The notes: generated by a model from the sequence alone, not told the origin. Positions 7,644-15,343 are shown, counted from the first letter of the stretch. The stretch is DNA of 16,000 nucleotides from an uncultured Opitutaceae bacterium (GCA_964546955.1 CAZJLP010000002.1:166431-182430), one strand, 5' to 3'. Numbers and translations: made by a program.

Positions 7644-7674
7644 AGGATGACCAGGCAATGTGCTGTCTCGCCGC

Positions 7675-7696
7675 GTGCCGCGATGCCGCGCGGCAC
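7675..7696 (-). terminator. GC-rich hairpin directly downstream of the glyQS stop (candidate terminator, no U-tract)
   Basis: gtgccgcg (7675-7682) and cgcggcac (7689-7696) form a perfect 8-bp stem with a 6-nt loop. It lies 6 nt beyond the TAG at 7703-7705. No T-run follows on the - strand, so it is not a canonical intrinsic terminator. Confidence 0.3.
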
Positions 7697-7702
7697 AATG
7701 CA

Positions 7703-9229
7703 CTACCACACTTTCTCCGCCAGCAACGCGAACAAGTCTGCTTCGTTGATGCGGGTTTGCTGCATCGTGTCGCGGTCTCGGAGGGTGAAGGTGCCGTCTT
7801 TTTCGATGGTTTCGAAGTCGACCGTGACGCACCACGGGGTTCCGATCTCGTCTTGGCGGCGATAGCGGCGGCCGATATTGCCGGACTCGTCGTAAAAGAC
7901 CGCGTAGTTGCGTTTCAACTTCCGGTACAATTCCTGGGCGCGCTGAGTCAGCGCTTCCTTGTTTTTCAACAACGGCAAGACAGCGACCTTGACCGGCGCG
8001 ATACGCGGATTGAAACGGAGCACCACGCGTTTCTCCATCTTCCCTTTTTCGTCGGGCGCCTCGTCTTCGCCATAGGCGGAGCAGAGGGCAGCCAGGAAGA
8101 TGCGATCCACGCCGACCGCGGGCTCGATCACGTGGGGCACGAATTTCTTCTTGGTTCCTTCGTCGAAAATCTCCTGCGGTTTTCCCGAGGCGGTCGCGTG
8201 TTGCGTGAGGTCGTAGTTCCCGCGGGCGGCGATGCCCCAAAGCTCCTGCACGCCGAACGGGTACTTGAACATGATGTCCACCGTTCCCTTTGAGTAGAAA
8301 GCGAGCTTCTCCTTGGGATGCGCGTACAACGAAAGATGGGAGTCTGGCAGACCGATCGAGATCAGCCAGTTCTTGCACCAGTCGATCCACTCTTGGTGGC
8401 ACTTGGCCCAGTCCGCGTCCTCATGAATAAAGTATTCCATTTCCATCTGCTCGAACTCGCGCGAACGGAAAATATAATTGCGCGGCGTGATTTCATTGCG
8501 GAAGGACTTGCCGATCTGAGCGATGCCGAAAGGCAGTTTTACCCGGCCGGTGTCGACCACGTTCTTGAAATCGACGAACATGCCCTGGGCGGTTTCCGGG
8601 CGCAGGTACGAGACCGATGACGCGTCGCGGAGGGCTCCCACGTAGGTCTCGAACATCATGTTGAAGGCGCGGGGCGGAGTCAGGCTTCCGGCTTCGCCCG
8701 TCGCGGGGGAAGGGATGAGCGCGATTTCCTCCGGCTTGGCTTCCGTCATGTCTCGGGGCTGAACGAGCTCGAGCTTCCCCTGTAGGGCTTTCTTGCGTTT
8801 GAAGTTCTCCGCAGCGCCCTGGAGGTCTGCTGCCGTTTTCTCGCTTTCCAGAGCTGAGACGTAACCGGCGATCTTTCCATCGACCACCACCGGCGCGAAG
8901 AAAAGTTGGTCGGCCCGGTAGCGTTGTTTCGACACTTTGCAGTCCACCAGGGGATCGGTGAAGCCGGCCACGTGCCCGGAGGCCTCCCAGACCTTGGGGT
9001 GCATGATGATCGACGTCTCGATGCCGACCACATCGTCGCGCCGCCGCACCATGTCGTTCCACCAGCAGTCGCGGATGTTTTTCTTAAGCTCCACTCCGAG
9101 GGGTCCGTAATCGAAAAAGCCGTTGAGGCCGCCGTAGATCTCGGAGGACTGGAAGACAAAGCCGCGACGCTTTGCGAGTGAGACGATGGCTTCCATCAGG
9201 TTGTCGGGCTGAGCGGCGGGCGTAGACAT
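7703..9229 (-). CDS. glyQS: Glycine--tRNA ligase (homodimeric class II GlyRS)
   Basis: 508 aa, ATG at 9229, TAG stop at 7703-7705. It has the characteristic GlyQS N-terminus: [40 protein letters not shown]. Class II motifs are present: [49 protein letters not shown], and [16 protein letters not shown]. An anticodon-binding C-terminal domain is also present (VAVLPL...ELYRKLK...[26 protein letters not shown]). Confidence 0.97.
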   Translation of the reverse strand: MSTPAAQPDNLMEAIVSLAKRRGFVFQSSEIYGGLNGFFDYGPLGVELKKNIRDCWWNDMVRRRDDVVGIETSIIMHPKVWEASGHVAGFTDPLVDCKVSKQRYRADQLFFAPVVVDGKIAGYVSALESEKTAADLQGAAENFKRKKALQGKLELVQPRDMTEAKPEEIALIPSPATGEAGSLTPPRAFNMMFETYVGALRDASSVSYLRPETAQGMFVDFKNVVDTGRVKLPFGIAQIGKSFRNEITPRNYIFRSREFEQMEMEYFIHEDADWAKCHQEWIDWCKNWLISIGLPDSHLSLYAHPKEKLAFYSKGTVDIMFKYPFGVQELWGIAARGNYDLTQHATASGKPQEIFDEGTKKKFVPHVIEPAVGVDRIFLAALCSAYGEDEAPDEKGKMEKRVVLRFNPRIAPVKVAVLPLLKNKEALTQRAQELYRKLKRNYAVFYDESGNIGRRYRRQDEIGTPWCVTVDFETIEKDGTFTLRDRDTMQQTRINEADLFALLAEKVW

Positions 9230-9524
9230 AAGGTGGGAGCATTAAGGGAGGAGAAAGGGGAGGGTCAATGGCGCGATTTTGACGGGTCGCGCTAGCACTT
9301 TTGTTAAAAACATCGCCGCTTCGGCCATTTTTCCCGCGCGAATGACCCCCTATCATCGGGCGCTCGTTACTGACTACGCGGGTGAATCCGGAGAGGGAGG
9401 TTCGCGCTTTTTTCTCCGGCTGCGCCCGCTGCTCGAGCTCGTTCTTTCGTTTCAAATTCGGCTGCCTCGCGAGGAATACCCCCCCTGATTCCGCTGCCTC
9501 GACACCCCGAGGCGTTCCCCGCAT

Positions 9525-12500
9525 ATGAACCGCACTCTCACGTTGAAGCGTCCGCTGCTCCCAGCGGTCGCGCTCACCGCATTCTCGTGGTCGTCGCTTT
9601 TCGCGCAGTCGACCACGCCGCCGCCCAATCCCTCCGACAATCCGCCGCCGCCCGGCAGCTCTTCCGCGGCGGCGAGCGCGAGCAATGACGAGCCCGTTGT
9701 CTTAAGCCCCTTCGTCGTGGATACGTCGAAGGACAAGGGCTATCGCGCGACCAATTCGATCTCCGGGACCCGGTTGAACACGGCGATCAAGGACCTGCCG
9801 ATGCCGCTCGAAGTGATCACGCCGGAGTTCATCCGCGATACCGGCGCCTACAACCTTCGGCAGTCGCTCAGCTACAGCGCCGGCGTGACCATTCAGTCTC
9901 AGAACGATTGGTCCACCGCCAACGCCTACGCCAATCCCGGCGGGGTCAATAATCCGAACGGACAGACCGCCAACAAAACGGATTCCACGATCAAGATCCG
10001 CGGTTTCCTGACGGACGTGTCCCTGCGCGACGGTTTTCGCCGGCAAGTCACGACCGACTCGGTCAACGTAAGTCGCGTGGAAGTCGTCCGCGGCCCCGCC
10101 GCGCTGCTTTACGGCATCGGCAATTTCGGCGGCGTTGTGAACTACCTTGTCAAGCAACCTGAAGACCGCTTGCGCGAATCGGCCAGCCTCACCGTCGGCA
10201 CGCATGAATTTGTCCGCGGCGAAGTGGACTTCACGGGCCCGGTCACCGACGTGCCCGGACTCGGATTTCGCCTATCGGCGGCCGTCCAGCGCAATGGCGA
10301 CTACACGGAGTACTTTGAGAACAAGAAAGCGTTTGTCGCGCCGATTTTCACCTACAAACCGTTCGAGAAGACGGTCCTCACGTTCGATTTCGAGTACGGT
10401 CAGAATCGCCAGGATGGCATCGGCTTTCAAAGTCTGCGCGCGCGCGCCGATATTGACGCGGACGAAGCGACCGGTTCTCAGGCCCGTTTCGAGCGGGCAG
10501 GCTTTGTCGTTCACCCCGGGCAAAATCTGCGGACCATGCGCTGGTCGGGACCGGATACTTCTCTTTCCACCCGCGCGGGCAATTTACAAATCAAAGGAAC
10601 GCAAGAGCTGCTGCCGAAACTGAATCTGCTCGCAGCCTATAACCACTCCTCCGTGACCTTCAAACGGCGCGATGTGAACGGAAACGTCGTATCGGGTGGA
10701 TCGGGTCCCGTCGCCCTCCGCACTTCGTTTCGACCGGTGATTCTTGATGCGGCCCGCGGGGACAACGAAGGGTTTCAATCCAGGGACGTGCCGGATGCGA
10801 TCGTCCAATATGGCTGGCAGGACCAAATTGAAGGAACCCGCAGCGACCAAAGCCGGGTGGAGTTGACTTACAGTCTGAATGTCTTCAGCGGCCGGAAGTG
10901 GGCGGCCTTCAAGAACGATTTTCTGGCCGGCGTATCCACGGAGTATGACAAATCGACCGAGCAGATTTTTGGGATTCCGATGCTCAGCGGGGTTTTCAAT
11001 TACAAGAGTCCGGCCGACCCCTCCCCCTTCCGCTTCGCGACCCAGGGCGATGGCACGCCATCCGTTCCTCTTCGCGCCCTTTCCTGGAATCGCAATCACG
11101 CCACGAACACCGGTCTGTACGCGGTCTATCAAGGCCAGTTTTTCAACAAGATGCTCACCTTGGTCGGCGGCGTTCGGCAGGACCGCAACAGCGTGAAGTT
11201 TCGAACTTCTTCCTTCGACTACGACACAGGCGGACTGGAAGACACATTTGGCGCCAGCACCCCCCGCCAAAAGCACAACACGAAACAGCTCGGCGTCAGC
11301 ATTTCTCCGATCCGGCAGCTGTCGTTCTATGCGATGACCTCGGAAGGACTAATGCCCAATTTCGACGGCGAGGTCGACCTGACTGGCGTGCCGCTCGACG
11401 CCACGAAAGCGAAGAATCGCGAGATTGGACTCAAATTCGATGTTTGGGGCGGCCGTATTTCCGGCACGATTTCCAAATACAAGATCACGCGCAGCAACGT
11501 GCCGATGCACCCGTGGTGGGTGCCGCAGACCCTTTACAAGAACTTCGATCCTTCGCGGCCGACGGTGTATGAAGTGAGCTCGTTCAACCCCGAGACTCCC
11601 GAAGGCGTGAACAACAATTACGCCTGGTTCGGCGACCTCCGCACCCGCACGACCGACCCCTACAATCCGGCCGAGCCCGTCAATCCCGGTTATCGAAACG
11701 ATGGGCTGAACGATCAACGGGCGAATATCCTGACCGCATGGAACGCGGCAAAAAGCTCGGGGGCCGTCACCTATTTCACGCGCAATGCTTCCGGCGCTGT
11801 CATTTCCACCTCAGAGGCAGGCTATCAGGCGGCGATGTCCGGCGGTAGCGACGCCTGGATGATGCTGAACGCGTCTTCCACCCAGGGCGCGGCGTATATG
11901 GATGCGGTCATCAACTACACACGGCAGAACGGTCTGGCCCACCCCGGCACCGACAACTGGCCGGGTTGGCTCTACGCCACCGCTCCGGAGGAAACGGGAT
12001 TCAACACGGCGACGATGGACGCGGTGTTCAGCGCGCCGCCGGGCCTCACGTTCGCGGCGCTGGGGGGCGATATCTATGAAGGTTATGACGCGCAGGTCGT
12101 GATCACGCCGATCGACGAACTGCAGATCTTGCTCAGTTATTCGCACAACGAGCATACGATCACCTCCCTCGGACAACTGCCGCGCCACCCCAACTACGCG
12201 CAGGACCGGTGGCCCATCTGGCTCTTCCCCAACGGCACCTTTGGTCTCAACGGCGTGTATGGACCGAACGATCAGTATGCCAACGAGGCCGATAGCTCGA
12301 CCTTTCAGTTCAAGAACATGCTGATTCCGGGTCTGCGCGGCGACGACACGCCGGAAGACGAATGGTCGATCTGGGTGAACTACAAGTTCGACCGCGTGCC
12401 GAGGCTAAAGGGCCTGACTGCAGGCGCGGGCGCTCAGCACAAAAGCAAACGCGAGTACGCCAGCGGTTTCGACCACTCCAGTGGCGAAATCATCCGCGAT

Positions 12501-12698
12501 AACATGGGCAATCCGGTCATTTTGTATACGCCTCCGCAATGGAACGTGGATGCAATGGCGCGTTACGAATTCAAATGGGAAGGCCGTCCCATGTTCGCTC
12601 AAGTGAATGTGCACAACCTGCTGGACGACAAAAAACGGTACGGCTTCCTGTATGGTCCGGGCCGTCGCATCAACTTCACCTTCGGCGTGGAGTTCTGA
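9525..12698 (+). CDS. TonB-dependent receptor (outer-membrane, 1057 aa)
   Basis: Signal peptide (LLPAVALTAFSWSSLFAQS) followed by a Pro/Ser-rich linker. TonB-box-like segment: EPVVLSPFVVDTS. Plug-domain motifs: IKDLPMPLEVITPEFIRDTGAYNLRQSLSYSAGV and VEVVRGPAALLYGIGNFGGVVNYLVKQP. A long beta-barrel-like region follows, ending with the aromatic terminus RINFTFGVEF. Stop is TGA at 12696-12698. Confidence 0.95.
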   Translation: MNRTLTLKRPLLPAVALTAFSWSSLFAQSTTPPPNPSDNPPPPGSSSAAASASNDEPVVLSPFVVDTSKDKGYRATNSISGTRLNTAIKDLPMPLEVITPEFIRDTGAYNLRQSLSYSAGVTIQSQNDWSTANAYANPGGVNNPNGQTANKTDSTIKIRGFLTDVSLRDGFRRQVTTDSVNVSRVEVVRGPAALLYGIGNFGGVVNYLVKQPEDRLRESASLTVGTHEFVRGEVDFTGPVTDVPGLGFRLSAAVQRNGDYTEYFENKKAFVAPIFTYKPFEKTVLTFDFEYGQNRQDGIGFQSLRARADIDADEATGSQARFERAGFVVHPGQNLRTMRWSGPDTSLSTRAGNLQIKGTQELLPKLNLLAAYNHSSVTFKRRDVNGNVVSGGSGPVALRTSFRPVILDAARGDNEGFQSRDVPDAIVQYGWQDQIEGTRSDQSRVELTYSLNVFSGRKWAAFKNDFLAGVSTEYDKSTEQIFGIPMLSGVFNYKSPADPSPFRFATQGDGTPSVPLRALSWNRNHATNTGLYAVYQGQFFNKMLTLVGGVRQDRNSVKFRTSSFDYDTGGLEDTFGASTPRQKHNTKQLGVSISPIRQLSFYAMTSEGLMPNFDGEVDLTGVPLDATKAKNREIGLKFDVWGGRISGTISKYKITRSNVPMHPWWVPQTLYKNFDPSRPTVYEVSSFNPETPEGVNNNYAWFGDLRTRTTDPYNPAEPVNPGYRNDGLNDQRANILTAWNAAKSSGAVTYFTRNASGAVISTSEAGYQAAMSGGSDAWMMLNASSTQGAAYMDAVINYTRQNGLAHPGTDNWPGWLYATAPEETGFNTATMDAVFSAPPGLTFAALGGDIYEGYDAQVVITPIDELQILLSYSHNEHTITSLGQLPRHPNYAQDRWPIWLFPNGTFGLNGVYGPNDQYANEADSSTFQFKNMLIPGLRGDDTPEDEWSIWVNYKFDRVPRLKGLTAGAGAQHKSKREYASGFDHSSGEIIRDNMGNPVILYTPPQWNVDAMARYEFKWEGRPMFAQVNVHNLLDDKKRYGFLYGPGRRINFTFGVEF

Positions 12699-12713
12699 TC
12701 CCTCGTTCCCTCC

Positions 12714-12738
12714 GGTCCGCCGCGCATTGCGGCGGGCC
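12714..12738 (+). terminator. GC-rich hairpin 16 nt downstream of the TonB-dependent receptor stop (candidate terminator, no U-tract)
   Basis: ggtccgccgc (12714-12723) pairs with gcggcgggcc (12729-12738). The stem is 10 bp including one G-U pair, with loop gcatt. Further hairpins follow it (12754-12774, 12783-12804) rather than a T-run. Confidence 0.35.
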
Positions 12739-12912
12739 GCGCTGCGGGGTTAGGGCGGATTATCCTAATCCGCCGCGTTGGACATCGTTGGCGAGAGAAC
12801 GATGGTGAACGAAGAGCGATCGCGCTGCCCACCCGCACGTTAAGGATAACGCGCCCTACCTCGGCGTACCGATTAGCGAGGGGTGAACAAAAAAAAGCGT
12901 TCCTCTCGCCCC

Positions 12913-13458
12913 TCATTTAGCCTGCGCGGGGAAATTGAACGGGACCCGAATCCGGATGTCGACCGGTTCGCCGCCTTTGCGAGGAGGTTCGAAAACCCAG
13001 CAGCTCACGGCTGTCGCCGCTGCCCAACCGAATTCCTCTTTCGAAGCCGAGACAACGCGCGGCAGGCGGCAGCGGCCCTCGCGGTCCAGGATGAATTCAA
13101 TTTCCGCGTTTCCCGCGCCGCCGTCGGCTTTCAGCGCCGTCGGGTAGCGTGGCGGGATTCGCCACAGCGGCGCCAGCTTTCCGTCGAGGCCCTTAGGGCT
13201 TGGCAGAGTCTCGCCGCCGCGAACACGCCGAATCAAGGGATGATCCTCCGGTTCGTTTTCGACCGCGGTCTCGGCGGGAGGAGCAATGATGCATTTCCGG
13301 GACATCGGCACCGACACGGTTCGCCCCTGCTGAACCGCGGGTTTGAAATTGGTGAGCTCGAGCGCGGCGAGCGCGGCTTGTCCTACCGCCGGGTGCGTTG
13401 CTGAGCGCACCACGATGTCCTCGACGTTGCCTTGCTGATCGATCGTGAAATCGAGCAC
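12913..13458 (-). CDS. TonB C-terminal domain protein, C-terminal fragment (rest of TonB_C domain 3 plus domain 4)
   Basis: ORF opened by a GTG at 13458 with no signal peptide. It is in the same frame as 13486-14328, separated only by TAG plus 9 sense codons. It contains GEAVLDFTIDQQGNVEDIVVRSATHPAVGQAALAALELTNFKPAVQQGRTV. A complete fourth domain follows: PPRYPTALKADGGAGNAEIEFILDREGRCRLPRVVSASKEEFGWAAATAVSCWVFEPP. Stop is TGA at 12913-12915. Confidence 0.75.
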   Translation of the reverse strand: MLDFTIDQQGNVEDIVVRSATHPAVGQAALAALELTNFKPAVQQGRTVSVPMSRKCIIAPPAETAVENEPEDHPLIRRVRGGETLPSPKGLDGKLAPLWRIPPRYPTALKADGGAGNAEIEFILDREGRCRLPRVVSASKEEFGWAAATAVSCWVFEPPRKGGEPVDIRIRVPFNFPAQAK

Positions 13459-13485
13459 GGCTTCGCCGGCTTGCCCGGCGACGAG

Positions 13486-14328
13486 CTAGTCGTGCGGATA
13501 AACGGGGTCGACCATCACCCAGATCTCTGGGGGCACATCGCAGAGCCGACGAGCCGGGACTTCTGGGGGCGGACGGAGGGAAAAACCGTTGGCTTCAAGC
13601 TGGGTGGGGACCCCCTCCTCGAATGAGGGCACGTAGACCGAGTAATGTACCGGCACGCGCGCTTTTGAGGCGACCGGGAGGTCTCCCTGCAGCGCGGGTT
13701 TGAACTTCCAGGACGCTACGCCGTCGCGCGCAATCCGCACGAACGCCGGATGCGTGGCTCCCAGCAGCCTCATATGTGAGACGGACCCCTCCGCGTTTAC
13801 CTCGATGTCGAACATCACTTCGCCGTTGAGACGACGCGGTTCGAACACCGGCGGATATGCCGGCAGAGGCGTCTCTTCGCCCACGGCGGCGGTGCGTTTG
13901 GCGAAGGCTGGCAACGATTCGAGGGGCGGGAATAACTTGGACGGATTGTACGGCAGCTTGAAGAACAGTTTGCTCACCACGCCGGAGGCAATCGGTTTGC
14001 CTTCTTCCAGCGCGGGTTCGCAGACCCATTTCTCGACCGACGCGACCGCCGCCGCGCCGAATGCGGGGTGACTCGCCTTGAGCGCACGCACCTGCGAGAT
14101 CGCGCCCTTGTCATCGACGATGAACTGGACGATGGCGTTGCCTTCTGTGTTGGAGGCTCGCAGTTCGGGGGGATACTCGGGGGCAATCCAACTCGTCACG
14201 ATAGGCGGGCCCGAAACAGGTGCCTTGGAAGGCGCAGCTGAGCTGGAAGCAGGAGCGGAAACAGGGTCGGCGGCTGGAAGCGCGGCGGCGCTGAGAAGCA
14301 GAAGAATCGCGAAGCGGGACGACGTCAT
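13486..14328 (-). CDS. TonB C-terminal domain protein, N-terminal fragment (signal peptide, TonB_C domains 1-2, start of domain 3)
   Basis: ATG at 14328, signal peptide (FAILLLLSAAALPAA). Domain 1: PEYPPELRASNTEGNAIVQFIVDDKGAISQVRALKASHPAFGAAAVASVEKWVCEP. Domain 2: PAYPPVFEPRRLNGEVMFDIEVNAEGSVSHMRLLGATHPAFVRIARDGVASWKFKP. It ends ...VDPVYPHD-TAG, which is the first strand of a third TonB_C domain. Confidence 0.8.
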   Translation of the reverse strand: MTSSRFAILLLLSAAALPAADPVSAPASSSAAPSKAPVSGPPIVTSWIAPEYPPELRASNTEGNAIVQFIVDDKGAISQVRALKASHPAFGAAAVASVEKWVCEPALEEGKPIASGVVSKLFFKLPYNPSKLFPPLESLPAFAKRTAAVGEETPLPAYPPVFEPRRLNGEVMFDIEVNAEGSVSHMRLLGATHPAFVRIARDGVASWKFKPALQGDLPVASKARVPVHYSVYVPSFEEGVPTQLEANGFSLRPPPEVPARRLCDVPPEIWVMVDPVYPHD

Positions 14329-14386
14329 GCGCGATGGACCTTGGTGAACGGGCAGGCGTGCGTCAACGGACCGATCGCGCCGCTAT

Positions 14387-14556
14387 TCAAGAAGCCTCTG
14401 AAAAACGGATTGAGGGTAGGGGCGGGCCTCCGGACCGCCCGTCGAAGCGGAAATCGCGTCTCACACTACGCGGTCTCAAGCCGTCCGGCGCTGCTTAGCC
14501 AGGAATTGGTCAGAGCTGCCCGCACACGACGGCGAGTCGGGGACGCCTCCCCCTAC
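14387..14556. repeat. Copy B of the ~170-bp intergenic repeat family
   Basis: It is collinear with copy A (4017-4185) and nearly the same length (170 vs 169 nt). It has the hairpin GGGCGGGCC-tcc-GGACCGCCC (14420-14440); the only difference from copy A within the hairpin is in the loop. A second hairpin, GGGGA-cgcc-TCCCC (14539-14552), precedes the terminal cctac. The cctac end lies 13 nt beyond the stop of the gluconate 5-dehydrogenase gene. Confidence 0.7.
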
Positions 14557-14569
14557 TTTTTGACGCCTC

Positions 14570-15343
14570 TCAAATCGCGGCAAGCAGTCCGCCGTCGACG
14601 TACACGATCTGTCCGTTGACGAAATCGGAGGCCGCTGAGGCCAGGAATACCGCGGTCCCCACCAGTTCCTTCGGATCGCCCCACCGGCCGGCGGGGGTGC
14701 GTTGCTTGATCCAGCGGTCGAAATCCGGATTGTCCGCGAGGGGACGCGTCAGTTCGGTCAGGAAGTAGCCGGGGCCGATGCCGTTGGTTTGAATGTTGTG
14801 CTTTGCCCACTCGGTAGCCATGGCGCGGGTCAGCATTTTCAAACCGCCCTTGGCCGCCGCGTAATTGCCCGTGGTGGGCCGGCCGAGTTCGCTCATCAAG
14901 GAGCAGATGTTGATGATTTTTCCCGACCGCCGCGCGATCATCGCCGGTGCGATTTGCCGAGTGACGACGAAGGCGCTCGTCAGGTTGGTGTCGATCACTT
15001 CCCTCCATTGCGTTTCGTCCATCTCCTCGAGCGGAGCGCGGCGCTGGATTCCCGCGTTATTCACCAGGATATCGATCTGCGGAACGTTTGAGTAAAGCTG
15101 GGAGAGCGCGGCGGCGATTTGGGTCGAGTCATTGACGTCGAAGGCCGCGCCATGCGCCCGCAAGCCGTCCCGCTGAAATTGGGCCACCGCTTCGGCCAGC
15201 TTGTCCGCGCGCCGTGCGTTGAGCACGACCGTGGCGCCCGCTTCGGCCAGTCCTCGCGCGAGATTGAGCCCGATGCCCTGGCTGGAGCCAGTCACGAGAG
15301 CGGTGCGGCCGGTGAGATCGAAGAGAGAGCGTGAATCAGCCAT
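14570..15343 (-). CDS. idnO: Gluconate 5-dehydrogenase (SDR family, 5-keto-D-gluconate 5-reductase)
   Basis: The ORF-track start at 15445 is a TTG. The ATG at 15343 (MADSRSLFDLTGRTALVTGSSQGIG) gives the normal SDR N-terminus. Similarity to my recollection of E. coli IdnO runs the full length: ILVNNAGIQRR, KIINICSLMSELGR, YAAAKGGLKMLTRAM, HNIQTNGIGPGYF, and RTPAGRWGDPKELVGTAVFLASAASDFVNGQ. Stop is TGA at 14570-14572. Confidence 0.85.
   Translation of the reverse strand: MADSRSLFDLTGRTALVTGSSQGIGLNLARGLAEAGATVVLNARRADKLAEAVAQFQRDGLRAHGAAFDVNDSTQIAAALSQLYSNVPQIDILVNNAGIQRRAPLEEMDETQWREVIDTNLTSAFVVTRQIAPAMIARRSGKIINICSLMSELGRPTTGNYAAAKGGLKMLTRAMATEWAKHNIQTNGIGPGYFLTELTRPLADNPDFDRWIKQRTPAGRWGDPKELVGTAVFLASAASDFVNGQIVYVDGGLLAAI

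Larger units (their letters stand above)
12913..14328 (-). pseudogene. Alternative reading of the two rows above: one 471-codon gene (4x TonB_C) interrupted by a single in-frame TAG at 13486-13488
   Basis: Reading through gives YPHD-*-LVAGQAGEAVLDFTIDQQG. This aligns without gaps to YPPE-L-RASNTEGNAIVQFIVDDKG (domain 1), YPTA-L-KADGGAGNAEIEFILDREG (domain 4) and E. coli TonB YPAR-A-QALRIEGQVKVKFDVTPDG. The cause could be a nonsense mutation, a sequencing error or readthrough; the sequence alone cannot distinguish these. Confidence 0.5.

Noticed and set aside
7575-9181. Many long ORFs overlapping glyQS in other frames or strands (e.g. 7575-8402 -, 7658-8293 +, 8493-9062 -, 8746-9159 -).
   Set aside because: Their translations are Arg/Pro/Gly/Ala-rich and low in complexity, typical of off-frame reading of GC-rich coding DNA. 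They lie entirely inside a gene with unambiguous GlyRS homology. The same applies to the alternative-frame ORFs inside the other called genes (e.g. 697-1377, 2067-3020, 4351-4905, 5533-6120, 10584-11276, 15201-15896).
9370-9420. Possible cobalamin riboswitch upstream of the TonB-dependent receptor (gggtgaatccgg resembles the GGTGAAAxTCC segment).
   Set aside because: No B12 box (GCCACTG-like) and none of the surrounding conserved stems could be found by eye. The match is a single short string. An Infernal scan would be decisive.
9230-9524. T-box leader upstream of glyQS.
   Set aside because: No T-box consensus (GGGTGGTACCGCG-like) appears on the - strand. The only vaguely similar string is on the + strand. 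This regulatory class is not expected in this lineage.
12876-12912. A8/T8 run with flanking imperfect stem as an intrinsic terminator for the TonB_C gene.
   Set aside because: On the - strand the T8 run sits in the loop of the best stem (gcgagaggaac-gctttttttt-gttcacccctcgc) rather than after a hairpin. The stem preceding it is only 3 bp. I kept it as a note inside the hairpin-cluster finding and did not call it a feature.
13486-13488. TAG read as pyrrolysine or as a reassigned sense codon.
   Set aside because: TAG terminates at least three well-conserved genes in this window at sensible C-termini (PSD1 gene 3885-3887, glyQS 7703-7705, MFS 15426-15428). No pyl genes are visible. A mutation, a sequencing error or low-level readthrough is more parsimonious.
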